From the IMG/VR virus record IMGVR_UViG_3300044506_000032, positions 1 to 64,000 of that record: a stretch of DNA of 64,000 nt; one strand, 5' to 3'. The DNA is from a virus. Its lineage: Duplodnaviria; Caudoviricetes. Of this stretch, positions 53,650 to 62,898 are shown piece by piece (the first letter of the stretch is position 1; each line of letters begins with the position of its first letter). The translations under genes were made by a program, and so were the position numbers. The notes beneath the pieces were generated by a model. It made no database searches, was not told the DNA's origin, and worked only from the letters and a program-made list of their open reading frames with translations.

Positions 53650-55434
53650 ATGACCGTGCCGCTTCCGTCGATGCCGCTGCTGCAGGGCATGCCCGTCACG
53701 GACGCCCGCGCCCAGAACGCGCTGCCGACCTCGAACCAGCCGTGGCCGCCGGTCCGGTTCAACCCGGTGAACTACGACCAGCGCATCTGGTCCGCATGGT
53801 GGTCCGGCAGCCCGGACGAGCTGATGCGCGCCTACTACGCCATCGGCGCCAACAGTCCGCTGGGTCGCCAGTACTTCGCCACGACCGGCGAGGCCGGTGT
53901 CACTGCCCCGCGCCCGGGCCAGTTCCGCGGCGGCCTGCTCGGGTCGATCCGGCGGTTCTTTTGGGGGAACCCCACCCCTCCAGGAGAGAAGCGCACGAAC
54001 TACCACGTGCCGATCGCCGGCGACCTCGCCGCGACGTCGGCGAGCCTGCTGTTCGCACAGCCTCCGACGCTCAAGTTCGAGCAGAACTCGGGCACCCAGG
54101 ACTACCTGTCCGACCTGCTCGACGACGGCATGCACTCGACGCTGCTCGAGGCGGCGGAGTGCGCAGCAGCACTCGGCGGGGTCTTCCTGCGGGTCGTGTG
54201 GGACACCGACATCGCGGACAGGCCGTGGATCGACATCGTGCCGCCGGACTGTGCGGTGCCGGAGTTCCGGCACAACCGGCTGGTGGCGGTGACGTTCTGG
54301 ACGGTGATCCGCGACGAGGGCAAGGACGTTGTCCGGCACCTGGAGAAGCACATCCCCAGCCAGAACGTCATCCTGCACGGCGTGTACAAGGGCGACCAGC
54401 AGAAGCTCGGCCAGCCGATGGCGCTCACGGACTTCCCCGAGACCGCCCCGTACGCGCAGGGCATGTCGTCGGGCAACGCGATCGAGTTCCCCGACGCGCC
54501 GTTCGACGCCTCCACGGTCGTGTACATCCCCAACATGCGGCCGAACCGCATCTGGCGGGACCTCGGCCCGCAGGCGGCGCCGCTCGGCCGCAGTGACTTC
54601 TCCGGCCTCGAAGGGCTGATGGACGGTCTCGACGAGGCGTTCTCGTCGTGGATGCGGGACATCCGCCTCGGCAAGGCAAGGCTGCTGGTACCGCACTCCT
54701 ACCTGGACAACATCGGCCGTGGCAAAGGCGCGGTTTTCGAGCCGGAGCGCGAGGTGTTCGTCCCGGTCGGAGGCCTGATCTCTGGTGAAGGCTCGATCGG
54801 CGACCAGATCATGCCGCAGCAGTTCAACATCCGCTGGCAGGAGCATCAGCAGACCTGCCAGAGCATCATCGAGACGATCGTCACGCAGGCCGGCTACTCG
54901 GGTCAGACGATGGGTCTCTCGGGTGACATCGCGCAGACCGCGACGGAGGTCGTTGCGCGGGAGCGGAAGTCGCTGACGACCCGCGGCAAGAAGATCAACT
55001 ATTGGCGGCCTGCTCTCGCCGACATCATCTACGGCCTCATGGCGATCTCCAACTCGGTGTTCGGCGAGGACATCACCCCGGTCCGCCCCGACGTCGAGTT
55101 CCCCGACGCGGTCCTCCCAGACCAGCTGGAGCTCGCACAGACCGTGGCCGCGCTCCGCGGCGCCGAGGCCGCGTCCATCGAAACCGCGGTCGCCACGGTC
55201 CACCCGGACTGGACCCCGCAGGACGTCGCCAACGAGGTCCAGCGGATCTACCAGGAGATGGACATCGACATCCTCTCCCGCGCGAAGGTCGCAATCGGCG
55301 GCCAGCCCGGCCAGTCCGTGGCCGAGGCGCTGGAAGAGATCCCGGACGCGATCGGCGCAACCGACGTCGCCCAGCAGGCCGAGGCCCTTGCGGACGTCTC
55401 CGACATGTACGAGTCCCAGGACGAAGCCCAGTGA
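53650..55434 (+). CDS. portal protein (SPP1 gp6-like)
   Basis: Position after terL; GRSDF...LDEAFSSWMRDIRLGK; S.ET.V..VHPDW. Confidence 0.92.
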   Translation: MTVPLPSMPLLQGMPVTDARAQNALPTSNQPWPPVRFNPVNYDQRIWSAWWSGSPDELMRAYYAIGANSPLGRQYFATTGEAGVTAPRPGQFRGGLLGSIRRFFWGNPTPPGEKRTNYHVPIAGDLAATSASLLFAQPPTLKFEQNSGTQDYLSDLLDDGMHSTLLEAAECAAALGGVFLRVVWDTDIADRPWIDIVPPDCAVPEFRHNRLVAVTFWTVIRDEGKDVVRHLEKHIPSQNVILHGVYKGDQQKLGQPMALTDFPETAPYAQGMSSGNAIEFPDAPFDASTVVYIPNMRPNRIWRDLGPQAAPLGRSDFSGLEGLMDGLDEAFSSWMRDIRLGKARLLVPHSYLDNIGRGKGAVFEPEREVFVPVGGLISGEGSIGDQIMPQQFNIRWQEHQQTCQSIIETIVTQAGYSGQTMGLSGDIAQTATEVVARERKSLTTRGKKINYWRPALADIIYGLMAISNSVFGEDITPVRPDVEFPDAVLPDQLELAQTVAALRGAEAASIETAVATVHPDWTPQDVANEVQRIYQEMDIDILSRAKVAIGGQPGQSVAEALEEIPDAIGATDVAQQAEALADVSDMYESQDEAQ

Positions 55435-55446
55435 GAGGACACCGCC

Positions 55447-55713
55447 GTGGCTGAGAAGTCCCCGAAGCTCACCGCTGCCAAGCGGCGCGCGATGCCCAAG
55501 TCGCAGTTCGCGCTGCCCGGCAAGGATCCGGACGTCCCCGGTGCGAAGGGCCAGTACCCGATCGACACCCCCGGCCGCGCCCGCAACGCGCTCGCCCGCG
55601 TCGCCCAAGACGGCACTCCCAACGAGCAGGCGAAGGTCAAGGCCGCGGTCCGCGAGAAGTACCCCTCCATCGCCGTGGACGGGAAGAAGCGCACGCCGAG
55701 GAAGGGCAAGTAG
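55447..55713 (+). CDS. small basic protein (DUF6582-like)
   Basis: LTAAKRRAMPKSQFALP...YPIDT..RARNALARVAQ. Confidence 0.8.
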   Translation: MAEKSPKLTAAKRRAMPKSQFALPGKDPDVPGAKGQYPIDTPGRARNALARVAQDGTPNEQAKVKAAVREKYPSIAVDGKKRTPRKGK

Positions 55714-55715
55714 CG

Positions 55716-55931
55716 ATGGCCGGCACCCCGCAGAACGCTCAGCGTCGCACCGCCGGCGCACCGGACGCCACCAAGCCCGCGCAGTTGGCAGCCAGCACCG
55801 CGCGCACTCCGACGCACGCCGTCACCGGGCCCAGCATGTGGGAGAACGGCTGCGACCCGGTGGCCACCCCCGATGGGCCCCCGGCGCTGCGCGGCACCGC
55901 CGCGACCGACATCGACCCGGCCTGCATGTGA
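55716..55931 (+). CDS. hypothetical protein
   Basis: Follows after 2 nt; coupled to the next. Confidence 0.5.
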   Translation: MAGTPQNAQRRTAGAPDATKPAQLAASTARTPTHAVTGPSMWENGCDPVATPDGPPALRGTAATDIDPACM

Positions 55932-56167
55932 ACGCCCCCGCCGCGCCAGAGCCGCCCAGGGGCAAGCACGTCCAGTCGCGTGTGCCCTCCGCGCAGATCA
56001 AGCCCACCCCGGCATTCACGCCGCACCAGCCGGCGCAGGTCACGCAGACCGTCGGCGTGAACCCGGACCCGCCTGCCGAGCGGCAGGCCTCGGTGCCCGC
56101 TGACACCAGCCTCCCGGTGGTCGTCGGCAGCCCGACCGGCTTCACGCCGTTCATGAACCAGTACTGA
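55928..56167 (+). CDS. hypothetical protein
   Basis: GTGA coupling. Confidence 0.5.
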   Translation: MNAPAAPEPPRGKHVQSRVPSAQIKPTPAFTPHQPAQVTQTVGVNPDPPAERQASVPADTSLPVVVGSPTGFTPFMNQY

Positions 56168-56177
56168 GGAGTTCCTG

Positions 56178-56360
56178 ATGGCCAAGTCGATGCCGCGGGC
56201 CGGGCGCCCGCACAAGACCCCCGGCTCGCAGCCTCCGCCGCGCAAGGGCGGCGCGACCGAGGGCGGCGGCACGATGCGGGAGCGGGCGCGCCTCGTCGAG
56301 CCGGGCCAGAACACGGACGCCACCGCGGAGCCGGAGCCGCAGGGCGGCGCCGGGTCGTGA
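56178..56360 (+). CDS. small basic hypothetical protein
   Basis: GAGGAG RBS. Confidence 0.55.
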   Translation: MAKSMPRAGRPHKTPGSQPPPRKGGATEGGGTMRERARLVEPGQNTDATAEPEPQGGAGS

Positions 56361-56363
56361 CCG

Positions 56364-57443
56364 ATGGCCACACCGCAGCCGTCGACGCCCGGTGATCGTC
56401 GGGAGGACTACGCCCAGCAGGTAGCCGCCACGGTCGCGGCCGTCTTCGCCCAGGCCGAGCTCGTCGTGCTCGCGACGATCGCCACGCTGGCCAAGCGCGT
56501 CGCCGCGGGCGGCCTTCTTCCCGCGGTCGCTGGCCGCCGACTGTCGCAGACGAGCAGCGCCGTGTTCGGCGCCGCCATGCAGCGTGCCGCCGCCACCTAC
56601 GGTCCCGCCTGGGAAGCGCCGGGTCCGTCACTGGAGGCTGCCGTGCAGACAGCCTCCGCGGCGGCCGAGGACGCGCTGACGGCCGCGGTCACCGCAGCTG
56701 CCATCCCGCCAAGTACGGGGGTGGCTGCTCCGGTCGTCGCTGTCTCACCGTTCCGTGCGGCCGTCGGCCAGGCGATCGCGTCGTCCCGCGGCGGGCTCCC
56801 CGCGACGTCGCTGTCCCTCTCGCGGGTGCAGGCAGCGCAGAAGGCCCTCGACGACCTCGCGGCCCGAGGCCTGACCGGGTTCGTCGACAAGGCCGGGCGC
56901 CGCTGGGACCTTGTCTCCTACGTGGAGATGGCCACCCGCACGGCCGTGTCCAACGCGTGGGACGAGCACCAGGCCGCTGCACTCATCCGGGCCGGCATCG
57001 ACCTCGTGCTGGTCGGCACGCACAGCACCGAGGGCTCGTGCCCCAGGTGTCTGCCGTGGCTGGGCCGCACCCTGTCACTCGCTGGCGCTACGCCGGACTA
57101 CCCGACGCTCGCTGACGCGAGGGCGGCCGGGTTCCGGCACCCGAACTGTCGGTGTTCCTGGGCGCCCATCGGCGCGGACATCGCAGCCGAGGTCACTAAC
57201 CCGGTCGATGTCGAGCGTGCGGCAGCTGCCTACGCGGCGTCGCAGCGCCAGCGGGCCTTGGAGCGCCGGGTGCGTGCCGCGCACCGCCGAACCGCCACCG
57301 CGGCCACTCCGGCAACGCGTGCGAAGGCGCGCCGTGATCTGCGCGCCGCCCAGACGGCAGCCGATCAGCACCGCCAGCGCTCTGGCGTGGTGATGACGAA
57401 CGCCTCGGCCAGGCGACGGCAGCACCCGTTCCACGCTCGCTGA
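56364..57443 (+). CDS. phage minor capsid protein (MuF/minor capsid 2 family)
   Basis: DKAGRRW.L.SYVEMATRT; CPRC.PW.G; GFRHPNCRC; QRALERRVR. Confidence 0.9.
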   Translation: MATPQPSTPGDRREDYAQQVAATVAAVFAQAELVVLATIATLAKRVAAGGLLPAVAGRRLSQTSSAVFGAAMQRAAATYGPAWEAPGPSLEAAVQTASAAAEDALTAAVTAAAIPPSTGVAAPVVAVSPFRAAVGQAIASSRGGLPATSLSLSRVQAAQKALDDLAARGLTGFVDKAGRRWDLVSYVEMATRTAVSNAWDEHQAAALIRAGIDLVLVGTHSTEGSCPRCLPWLGRTLSLAGATPDYPTLADARAAGFRHPNCRCSWAPIGADIAAEVTNPVDVERAAAAYAASQRQRALERRVRAAHRRTATAATPATRAKARRDLRAAQTAADQHRQRSGVVMTNASARRRQHPFHAR

Positions 57444-57452
57444 CCGCGGCGT

Positions 57453-57740
57453 TCAGGGCTGAGTCCGCCTCAGGTGGCCGAGGATCTGCTCTGCCCAGAC
57501 GGCGGCGAGCAGCGTGCCAGTCGCCGTCTGTGGCGCGGGCGTCTCGCGCGGGAGCGGCATGCCAGTGCACACCGGGGCATGCGCGGCCGCCAGCTCGCTG
57601 ATATCCAGCGGGTTCAGGCCGTCGATGCCCGTGTGCCAGTCGCAGTGCTCCCGGTGGTGCCCCAGCTCGGAGCCACCTCCGTACTGGCCCTCGTTGGCGA
57701 CGCGGAACGCCGCCCAGTCCACCTGCTGCACATCGCTCAT
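57453..57740 (-). CDS. hypothetical protein inverted within the head module
   Basis: 95-aa minus-strand ORF filling the minor capsid-scaffold gap. Confidence 0.55.
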   Translation of the reverse strand: MSDVQQVDWAAFRVANEGQYGGGSELGHHREHCDWHTGIDGLNPLDISELAAAHAPVCTGMPLPRETPAPQTATGTLLAAVWAEQILGHLRRTQP

Positions 57741-57868
57741 GGGCCAACGGCACGACCCTCACAGACCACCCGCCCCCTCGTGGGCGGGTTCGGCGGCCGG
57801 CCGGTCCAGCCGCCAACACCCCAACGCGACCCGCCCGGTGCGGGCCACGACGCCCCCGGAGGGCAGCA

Positions 57869-58771
57869 ATGCAGCACCGAACCCTGTCGACGCCGCCTGG
57901 CGTGGTGCTCGGCTACCGCAAGAACGGCCAGCCCATCTATCCCATCGCGGGAGGCTCCGGAGAGGACGGCGCAGACGCCGGCACCGGCAGCGCACCCGCC
58001 GCAGGAGACACGGGCCAGCCTGCAACTCCCGCCGTGCCCCCCGCAGGCGAACCCGCTCCGGCTGGGACGGCAGCAACAAGCGAGGCCGCCAGCACGGCAG
58101 GCGAACCGAGCGCCGACGCGGGCAAGACCGACCGAGTCATCTCCGCGATCCGCGAAGACTTCAAGGCCGAGCGCACCAAGCGCCAGGAAGCCGAGAAGCG
58201 CCTCACGGACATGCAGGCCGCGCTCGACGCGGACAAGGCCGACCGCGCCAAGCGCGACAAGGCCCTCGCCGTTGCCCTCGGTTTCGCATCCGACGAGGCA
58301 CCGCCGGACCCGGCCAAGCTCGCCGCCGACCTGCAGGCCGCCAAGGAGCAGGCCAGCGCCGACCTCGCGCAGCGCGATGGCGCCCTGCGCGCACAGCAGG
58401 TCGAGCTTGCGGTTCTCCGCAACGCGGCCAAGCACGGCGGCAACGGCGACGCGCTCCTGGACTCCCGCTCGTTCATGAACGCGGTCCAGGGCCTCGACCC
58501 GGGCGCCGAGGACTTCGCCGACAAGCTCGGCGACGCCATCAAGACCGCTGTCGCGTCGGGCTCCCAGTTCAAGTCCCCCGCCGCCGAGCCCGCCCCGCCG
58601 AGGCAGCCGATCCCGGCGCGTTCCGGCCCCGAGTTCAACAGTGCTCCCGGCGGAAACCGGCAGTGGACCCTCGACGACATCCAGCGCGCGAGCGCATCGG
58701 AGGTCGTCGCCGCCCAGGACGCGGGTCTTCTCCTCGACCTCGGCTACGCGCCCAGGAAGAAGTCCCGCTGA
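57869..58771 (+). CDS. capsid scaffolding protein
   Basis: Low-complexity N-terminus, coiled coil, ALLDSRSF; directly before the capsid gene. Confidence 0.88.
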   Translation: MQHRTLSTPPGVVLGYRKNGQPIYPIAGGSGEDGADAGTGSAPAAGDTGQPATPAVPPAGEPAPAGTAATSEAASTAGEPSADAGKTDRVISAIREDFKAERTKRQEAEKRLTDMQAALDADKADRAKRDKALAVALGFASDEAPPDPAKLAADLQAAKEQASADLAQRDGALRAQQVELAVLRNAAKHGGNGDALLDSRSFMNAVQGLDPGAEDFADKLGDAIKTAVASGSQFKSPAAEPAPPRQPIPARSGPEFNSAPGGNRQWTLDDIQRASASEVVAAQDAGLLLDLGYAPRKKSR

Positions 58772-58812
58772 CCCAGTCGCGCACGGAAGTCCCCGTGCGC
58801 TTGTGACGCAAC

Positions 58813-58838
58813 GCCCCGGCGAATCCGTCGGGGCTTTT
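58813..58838 (+). terminator. hairpin plus TTTT between scaffold and capsid genes
   Basis: GCCCCGGCG/CGTCGGGGC then TTTT. Confidence 0.55.
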
Positions 58839-58860
58839 CCATGCGCAGAAAGGGACAGAC

Positions 58861-59775
58861 GTGTCGTTTGTCAACTTTATCCCGCAGATCTGGAGCAAGG
58901 TCATCCTGGCCGCGCTCCAGAAGAAGCTCGTCTACGGCTCCCCGATGGTCGTCAACAACGACTACGAGGGCGAGATCAGCGGCCCGGGCAACACCGTCCG
59001 GATCACCCAGTTCTCGGACCCGACGATCTCCAACTACACGCCGGGCAGCACCATCACCTACGAGCAGCTGTCCGACGCCGGCCTGTCGCTCCTCATCGAC
59101 CAGGCCAAGACGTTCAGCTTCGCGATCGACGACGTCGACCGCCGTCAGGCCGCCGGCGACATGCAGGCCTACCTCGAAGGCCGTGCCGCGTACCGGCTCG
59201 CGGACGCCGCGGACCAGTTCATCGCCTCGAAGTACACCCAGGTCGCGACCGGCAACACCATCGGCTCGACCGGCTCCCCGCTGACCCCGCTGCCGTACAG
59301 CATCGGCGGCGCCAGCACCTGGCACCCGGCCGACTTCTACACGCAGGTCACCGAGCCGCTGAAGGTCATCCTCGACCAGAACAACGTCCCCGACGAGGAC
59401 CGGTACATCGTCGTGCCGCCGTGGGCCGAGTCCCTGCTGTCCCAGACCCAGGCGTTCGTGTCCGTCACGGACATGCAGGGCCAGCCGTCGGAGACGTTCC
59501 AGCGTGGCTTCATGGGCCAGGTGTCCGGCTTCAACGTCCTGAAGTCGAACAACGTCCCGCAGCCCGTCGCCGGCGGCGCCGGGACTGGCGTGTGGGCGAT
59601 CCAGGCGGGCCACCCGATGGGCATCACCTACGGCGAGCAGATCACCGAGACGGAAGCACTCAGGCTTCAGACTACGATCGCAGATGGGGTGCGTGGTCTG
59701 CACGTCTACGGGGCCAAGATGGTCCGTCCGGACTGCGCCGCTGTCGCCTACGTCCAGCGCCCTGCCGGCATCTGA
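58861..59775 (+). CDS. major capsid protein (P22-coat-like HK97 fold)
   Basis: FIPQIWS, GEI...GNTVRI, IDQAKTFSF.IDDVD, RGLHVYGAK. Confidence 0.95.
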   Translation: MSFVNFIPQIWSKVILAALQKKLVYGSPMVVNNDYEGEISGPGNTVRITQFSDPTISNYTPGSTITYEQLSDAGLSLLIDQAKTFSFAIDDVDRRQAAGDMQAYLEGRAAYRLADAADQFIASKYTQVATGNTIGSTGSPLTPLPYSIGGASTWHPADFYTQVTEPLKVILDQNNVPDEDRYIVVPPWAESLLSQTQAFVSVTDMQGQPSETFQRGFMGQVSGFNVLKSNNVPQPVAGGAGTGVWAIQAGHPMGITYGEQITETEALRLQTTIADGVRGLHVYGAKMVRPDCAAVAYVQRPAGI

Positions 59776-59894
59776 CCTGCGATTTTGGCCGCGTGGCCAG
59801 TTTCTAGCTGGCCTTGCTGCAGTGGACGTTCCGTGCCAGTGAATGTGTTCATGGAATGCATTCATGGTTTTACAGAACGCGGTATTATCAGAGG

Positions 59895-60908
59895 GTGGAC
59901 ATTCTCTGTGAGATCGACCGCTGCCCGGAGCCTGCCGAAGCGCGCGGCTGGTGCCGAACGCATTACCAACGGTGGTACCGCCACGGTGACCCGCTCGCGC
60001 TCATGCGGGCACCGGAGACCGGCGGCATCTACCAGATCACCGGCCCTGAAGGCTGCATCTACATCGGCTCGTCGGACAACGTGCGACGACGATGGAAGGC
60101 GCACAAAGCCCGCCTGCGTCGGAGGGTGCACCACAACCGCCTCCTCCAAGGCAGTTGGGACGAGCACGGCGAAGCGGGCTTCACGTTCGCTCTGCTGGAA
60201 GAGGTGCCCGATCCGGCTCTGCTGATCTCCACAGAGCAGCGCCACCTTGATGCAGCGAAGGCTGCGGGCCGCGCCGTCTTCAACCTGGCCTCTGACATAC
60301 GGAGTCCCGCTCGGGGCCTCGTTCACACGTCGGAAGCCCGGCGCAAGATGAGCAACGCGGCAAAAGCTGCCTGCCTCAACCCGAACAACCTGGTCGGGAA
60401 AAGCCGCCGCGTTCAGGGTGACCGCAACCCGTCCAGCAAGCTGGACGAGGCGACGGTCCGTGTGATTTGCGATCGGCTGCTTGCTGGTACGCATCCTGCC
60501 GAGTTGGCCGCTGAGGTGGGTGTCTCGGAGAGCGCGGTGTACCAGATCCGGCGTGGCCAGATCTGGATGCACGTCGTGACGCCCGAGTTGGCGGCTGCGA
60601 TGAAGGCGGTTCGTCAGAGCGGTTGGGTGAAGCGCCAGGTGACTGACGAGCAGCGCGCTCGGATTGCTGCGGTAGGCCGCGAGAACCGGGGTAGGGCTGT
60701 CTCGGCAGCGCGGCGTGAGCAGATCTCGCAGCAGTCGCGCGGCGCCGGCAACCCGAAGGCCAAACTCACCGAGAGCCAAGTCACGACGATCAAGCGCCTG
60801 CTCGCAACTGGCGCGCGGAACAAGGATCTGGCCGAACAGTTCGGTGTTCACCCGAACACCATCTCCAAGATCAAGCGCGGCGAGATCTGGCCGCACCTCA
60901 CCACCTAA
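59895..60908 (+). CDS. free-standing GIY-YIG homing endonuclease with NUMOD-type DNA-binding modules
   Basis: GIYQI...IYIGSS.N..RRW..H; HTSEARRKMS (NUMOD3-like); two G..NP.[SA]KL/HTH modules; lower GC3. Confidence 0.9.
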   Translation: MDILCEIDRCPEPAEARGWCRTHYQRWYRHGDPLALMRAPETGGIYQITGPEGCIYIGSSDNVRRRWKAHKARLRRRVHHNRLLQGSWDEHGEAGFTFALLEEVPDPALLISTEQRHLDAAKAAGRAVFNLASDIRSPARGLVHTSEARRKMSNAAKAACLNPNNLVGKSRRVQGDRNPSSKLDEATVRVICDRLLAGTHPAELAAEVGVSESAVYQIRRGQIWMHVVTPELAAAMKAVRQSGWVKRQVTDEQRARIAAVGRENRGRAVSAARREQISQQSRGAGNPKAKLTESQVTTIKRLLATGARNKDLAEQFGVHPNTISKIKRGEIWPHLTT

Positions 60909-60958
60909 GGGGCGGGAGCCTTCTCCTGCCCCGCTTCAAGGCAGGAGAACTCCTCCCC

Positions 60959-61417
60959 ATGGCAGCACGTACCGCGCTCACTCCCGTCCAGCTGGCCTAC
61001 GACTCCGGTGTCGCCCAGGGCGCCAGCGGCACCGTGGACGCCACGAACGGGAACGTCGTCGCGTTCAACTCGGCCGGTAGCCCGGCCACGTTCGGCCCGT
61101 TCCAGGTGGTCCTCGTGGTCACCAACGCCGACACGGTCTCGCACAACATCATCATCCGCGGGTCCGGCTACACCGGCACGCCGTCCGGTGCGGCGAACAG
61201 CGGCATCCCCTCGGCGTCCAACACGGTTTTCACGCAGGGCACCCTCGGGGACCTGACCGTGACCGTCGCGAATGCCTCCACGCAGGTCATCGGCCCGTTC
61301 ACCACGGACCGTTTCGTGCAGCCGAACCACGTCAACGGCGGCGACCTGTGGCTCGACTGGTCCGCGTCCACCTCCATGTCGGTGTGGGTCTACCAGCTGC
61401 CGACCGTCGCTGTCTGA
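60959..61417 (+). CDS. virion protein (decoration-like)
   Basis: Thr/Gly/Val beta-rich; post-capsid position. Confidence 0.7.
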   Translation: MAARTALTPVQLAYDSGVAQGASGTVDATNGNVVAFNSAGSPATFGPFQVVLVVTNADTVSHNIIIRGSGYTGTPSGAANSGIPSASNTVFTQGTLGDLTVTVANASTQVIGPFTTDRFVQPNHVNGGDLWLDWSASTSMSVWVYQLPTVAV

Positions 61418-61427
61418 GGCGGTCGCG

Positions 61428-61781
61428 ATGGCTGACTGGATCCACTTCATGACTCCCGCCGGTCATGTCATCGGCATGACGCTGCCGCTGCACGAGTCCA
61501 TCGAGCAGCAGTGGCAGAACGGCGACCTGCAGCAGGTCAGCGAGGACGGCAGCTCGTGGGGCGAGCCGGACGTCGAGGGGGCCGCGCAGCAGTCGCACGC
61601 CGAGGGTGACATGCCGGAGGCCCCGGCGCGCCCGAAGGCGGCGGCGAACAAGACTGAGTGGCAGGACTACGCCGTCGCGCTCGGCGCCTGCACGGCGGAG
61701 GACGCTGCCGGCATGACGAAGGCGCAGTTGGTGGAGCTCGCCACGCCGCGGGAGCTGTTGCCGCCCGACCCGGAGGTGTAG
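61428..61781 (+). CDS. hypothetical head-module protein
   Basis: P...ANKTEWQDYAVALG...MTKAQLVE short helical motif. Confidence 0.75.
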   Translation: MADWIHFMTPAGHVIGMTLPLHESIEQQWQNGDLQQVSEDGSSWGEPDVEGAAQQSHAEGDMPEAPARPKAAANKTEWQDYAVALGACTAEDAAGMTKAQLVELATPRELLPPDPEV

Positions 61782-61784
61782 AAG

Positions 61785-62522
61785 GTGACCGTCCCCTACA
61801 GCAGCGACCTCTACAAGGCTGTCCTGCCTGGCGGGGCGGTCATCTTCACCGTGATGTTCGAGACGTACTACGGTTCCGGGCAGCCACAGCCGGTGTCCAA
61901 CGTCTCGATCGCCATCACTCTCAACGGGAGCTCCACCCCGACCTTGGGGCCGACGTCGACGGGCGTCGTGGCGGCGGACAACGCCAGCTACAGCTACCAG
62001 TGGCTGCCTGGCGTCACGGTGGCGCCTGGTGACTATTCGGTGCTGTGGTCGGCGATCGGCTCCTCGGGCACGGTCACCTACACGCAGGCCGTGACTGTGG
62101 CCGCGGCCCCCGCGGCGCTTCCCGCGCCCGGGGTGTACGCGAGCGTCGCTCAATACCGGTCCTGGTCTGGGGACCAGTTCAGCCCGGACGACCTTGTTAC
62201 CGTCGCCCTGCGGCGCGGCACCGAGGTGATCGACCGGGCGCTGATCGGGGCGGTGTACGCCACCGATGCGGACGGGATGCCAACGGATGCCGGTGTGCTG
62301 AACGTCTTCATGCGGGCGACGTGCGCGCAGGCGCAGTTCATCCTGGCGAACAATGACTTTGCGAACGTGAAGTCGCAGTTCGCCAGTACGTCGATGGGTG
62401 GTGTCTCGCAGACCCGCGCGTCGTCTGCGCAGAACCAGATGTTTCCGCCGTTGGCGCCGCAGGCCGCCGCGATCCTCCAGGTCGCAGGCGTTCTTCCCGG
62501 CGCGCCTTTGGTGAACTGGTAG
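61785..62522 (+). CDS. head-to-tail adaptor
   Basis: C-terminal RATCAQAQF...LAPQAAAILQ.AG; position. Confidence 0.75.
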   Translation: MTVPYSSDLYKAVLPGGAVIFTVMFETYYGSGQPQPVSNVSIAITLNGSSTPTLGPTSTGVVAADNASYSYQWLPGVTVAPGDYSVLWSAIGSSGTVTYTQAVTVAAAPAALPAPGVYASVAQYRSWSGDQFSPDDLVTVALRRGTEVIDRALIGAVYATDADGMPTDAGVLNVFMRATCAQAQFILANNDFANVKSQFASTSMGGVSQTRASSAQNQMFPPLAPQAAAILQVAGVLPGAPLVNW

Positions 62523-62532
62523 GTGAGCTGCG

Positions 62533-62889
62533 GTGATGGAGCTGGCGAATACCCGTCTCACGATCATGCGTGGAACGGCTGCCAATCCGTACGGGGACGA
62601 GTCTGACGTCGGTCTGCCGATCTACCAGCATGTGCCGGCGGCGGTGAACGAGTCGTCGAAGACGGTGTTCGACCCGGCGACGCAGCGTCCGCAGACGATC
62701 CGCACGTCGAAGGCCGTGGTGGCGGGTTGGGTGGATGTCCTGAGCTCGGACACGATCATGGATGAGTCGACGGGCAACTACTACATGATCAATGACATCT
62801 CGCTGCAACCGACCGGCCCGACCGGCATCGCCCCGGAAAAGATCCTCACGTTGAGGTGGCGGTCCGGCGTCAACGTCGGCTCCGACTAG
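62533..62889 (+). CDS. head-to-tail stopper
   Basis: IMRGT..NPYGDE.D; position. Confidence 0.7.
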   Translation: MMELANTRLTIMRGTAANPYGDESDVGLPIYQHVPAAVNESSKTVFDPATQRPQTIRTSKAVVAGWVDVLSSDTIMDESTGNYYMINDISLQPTGPTGIAPEKILTLRWRSGVNVGSD

Positions 62890-62898
62890 GAGGCGCCG

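Noticed and set aside
58861-60908. Group I intron in the capsid gene
   Set aside because: The capsid ORF is continuous to its conserved C-terminus and the endonuclease lies after the stop codon
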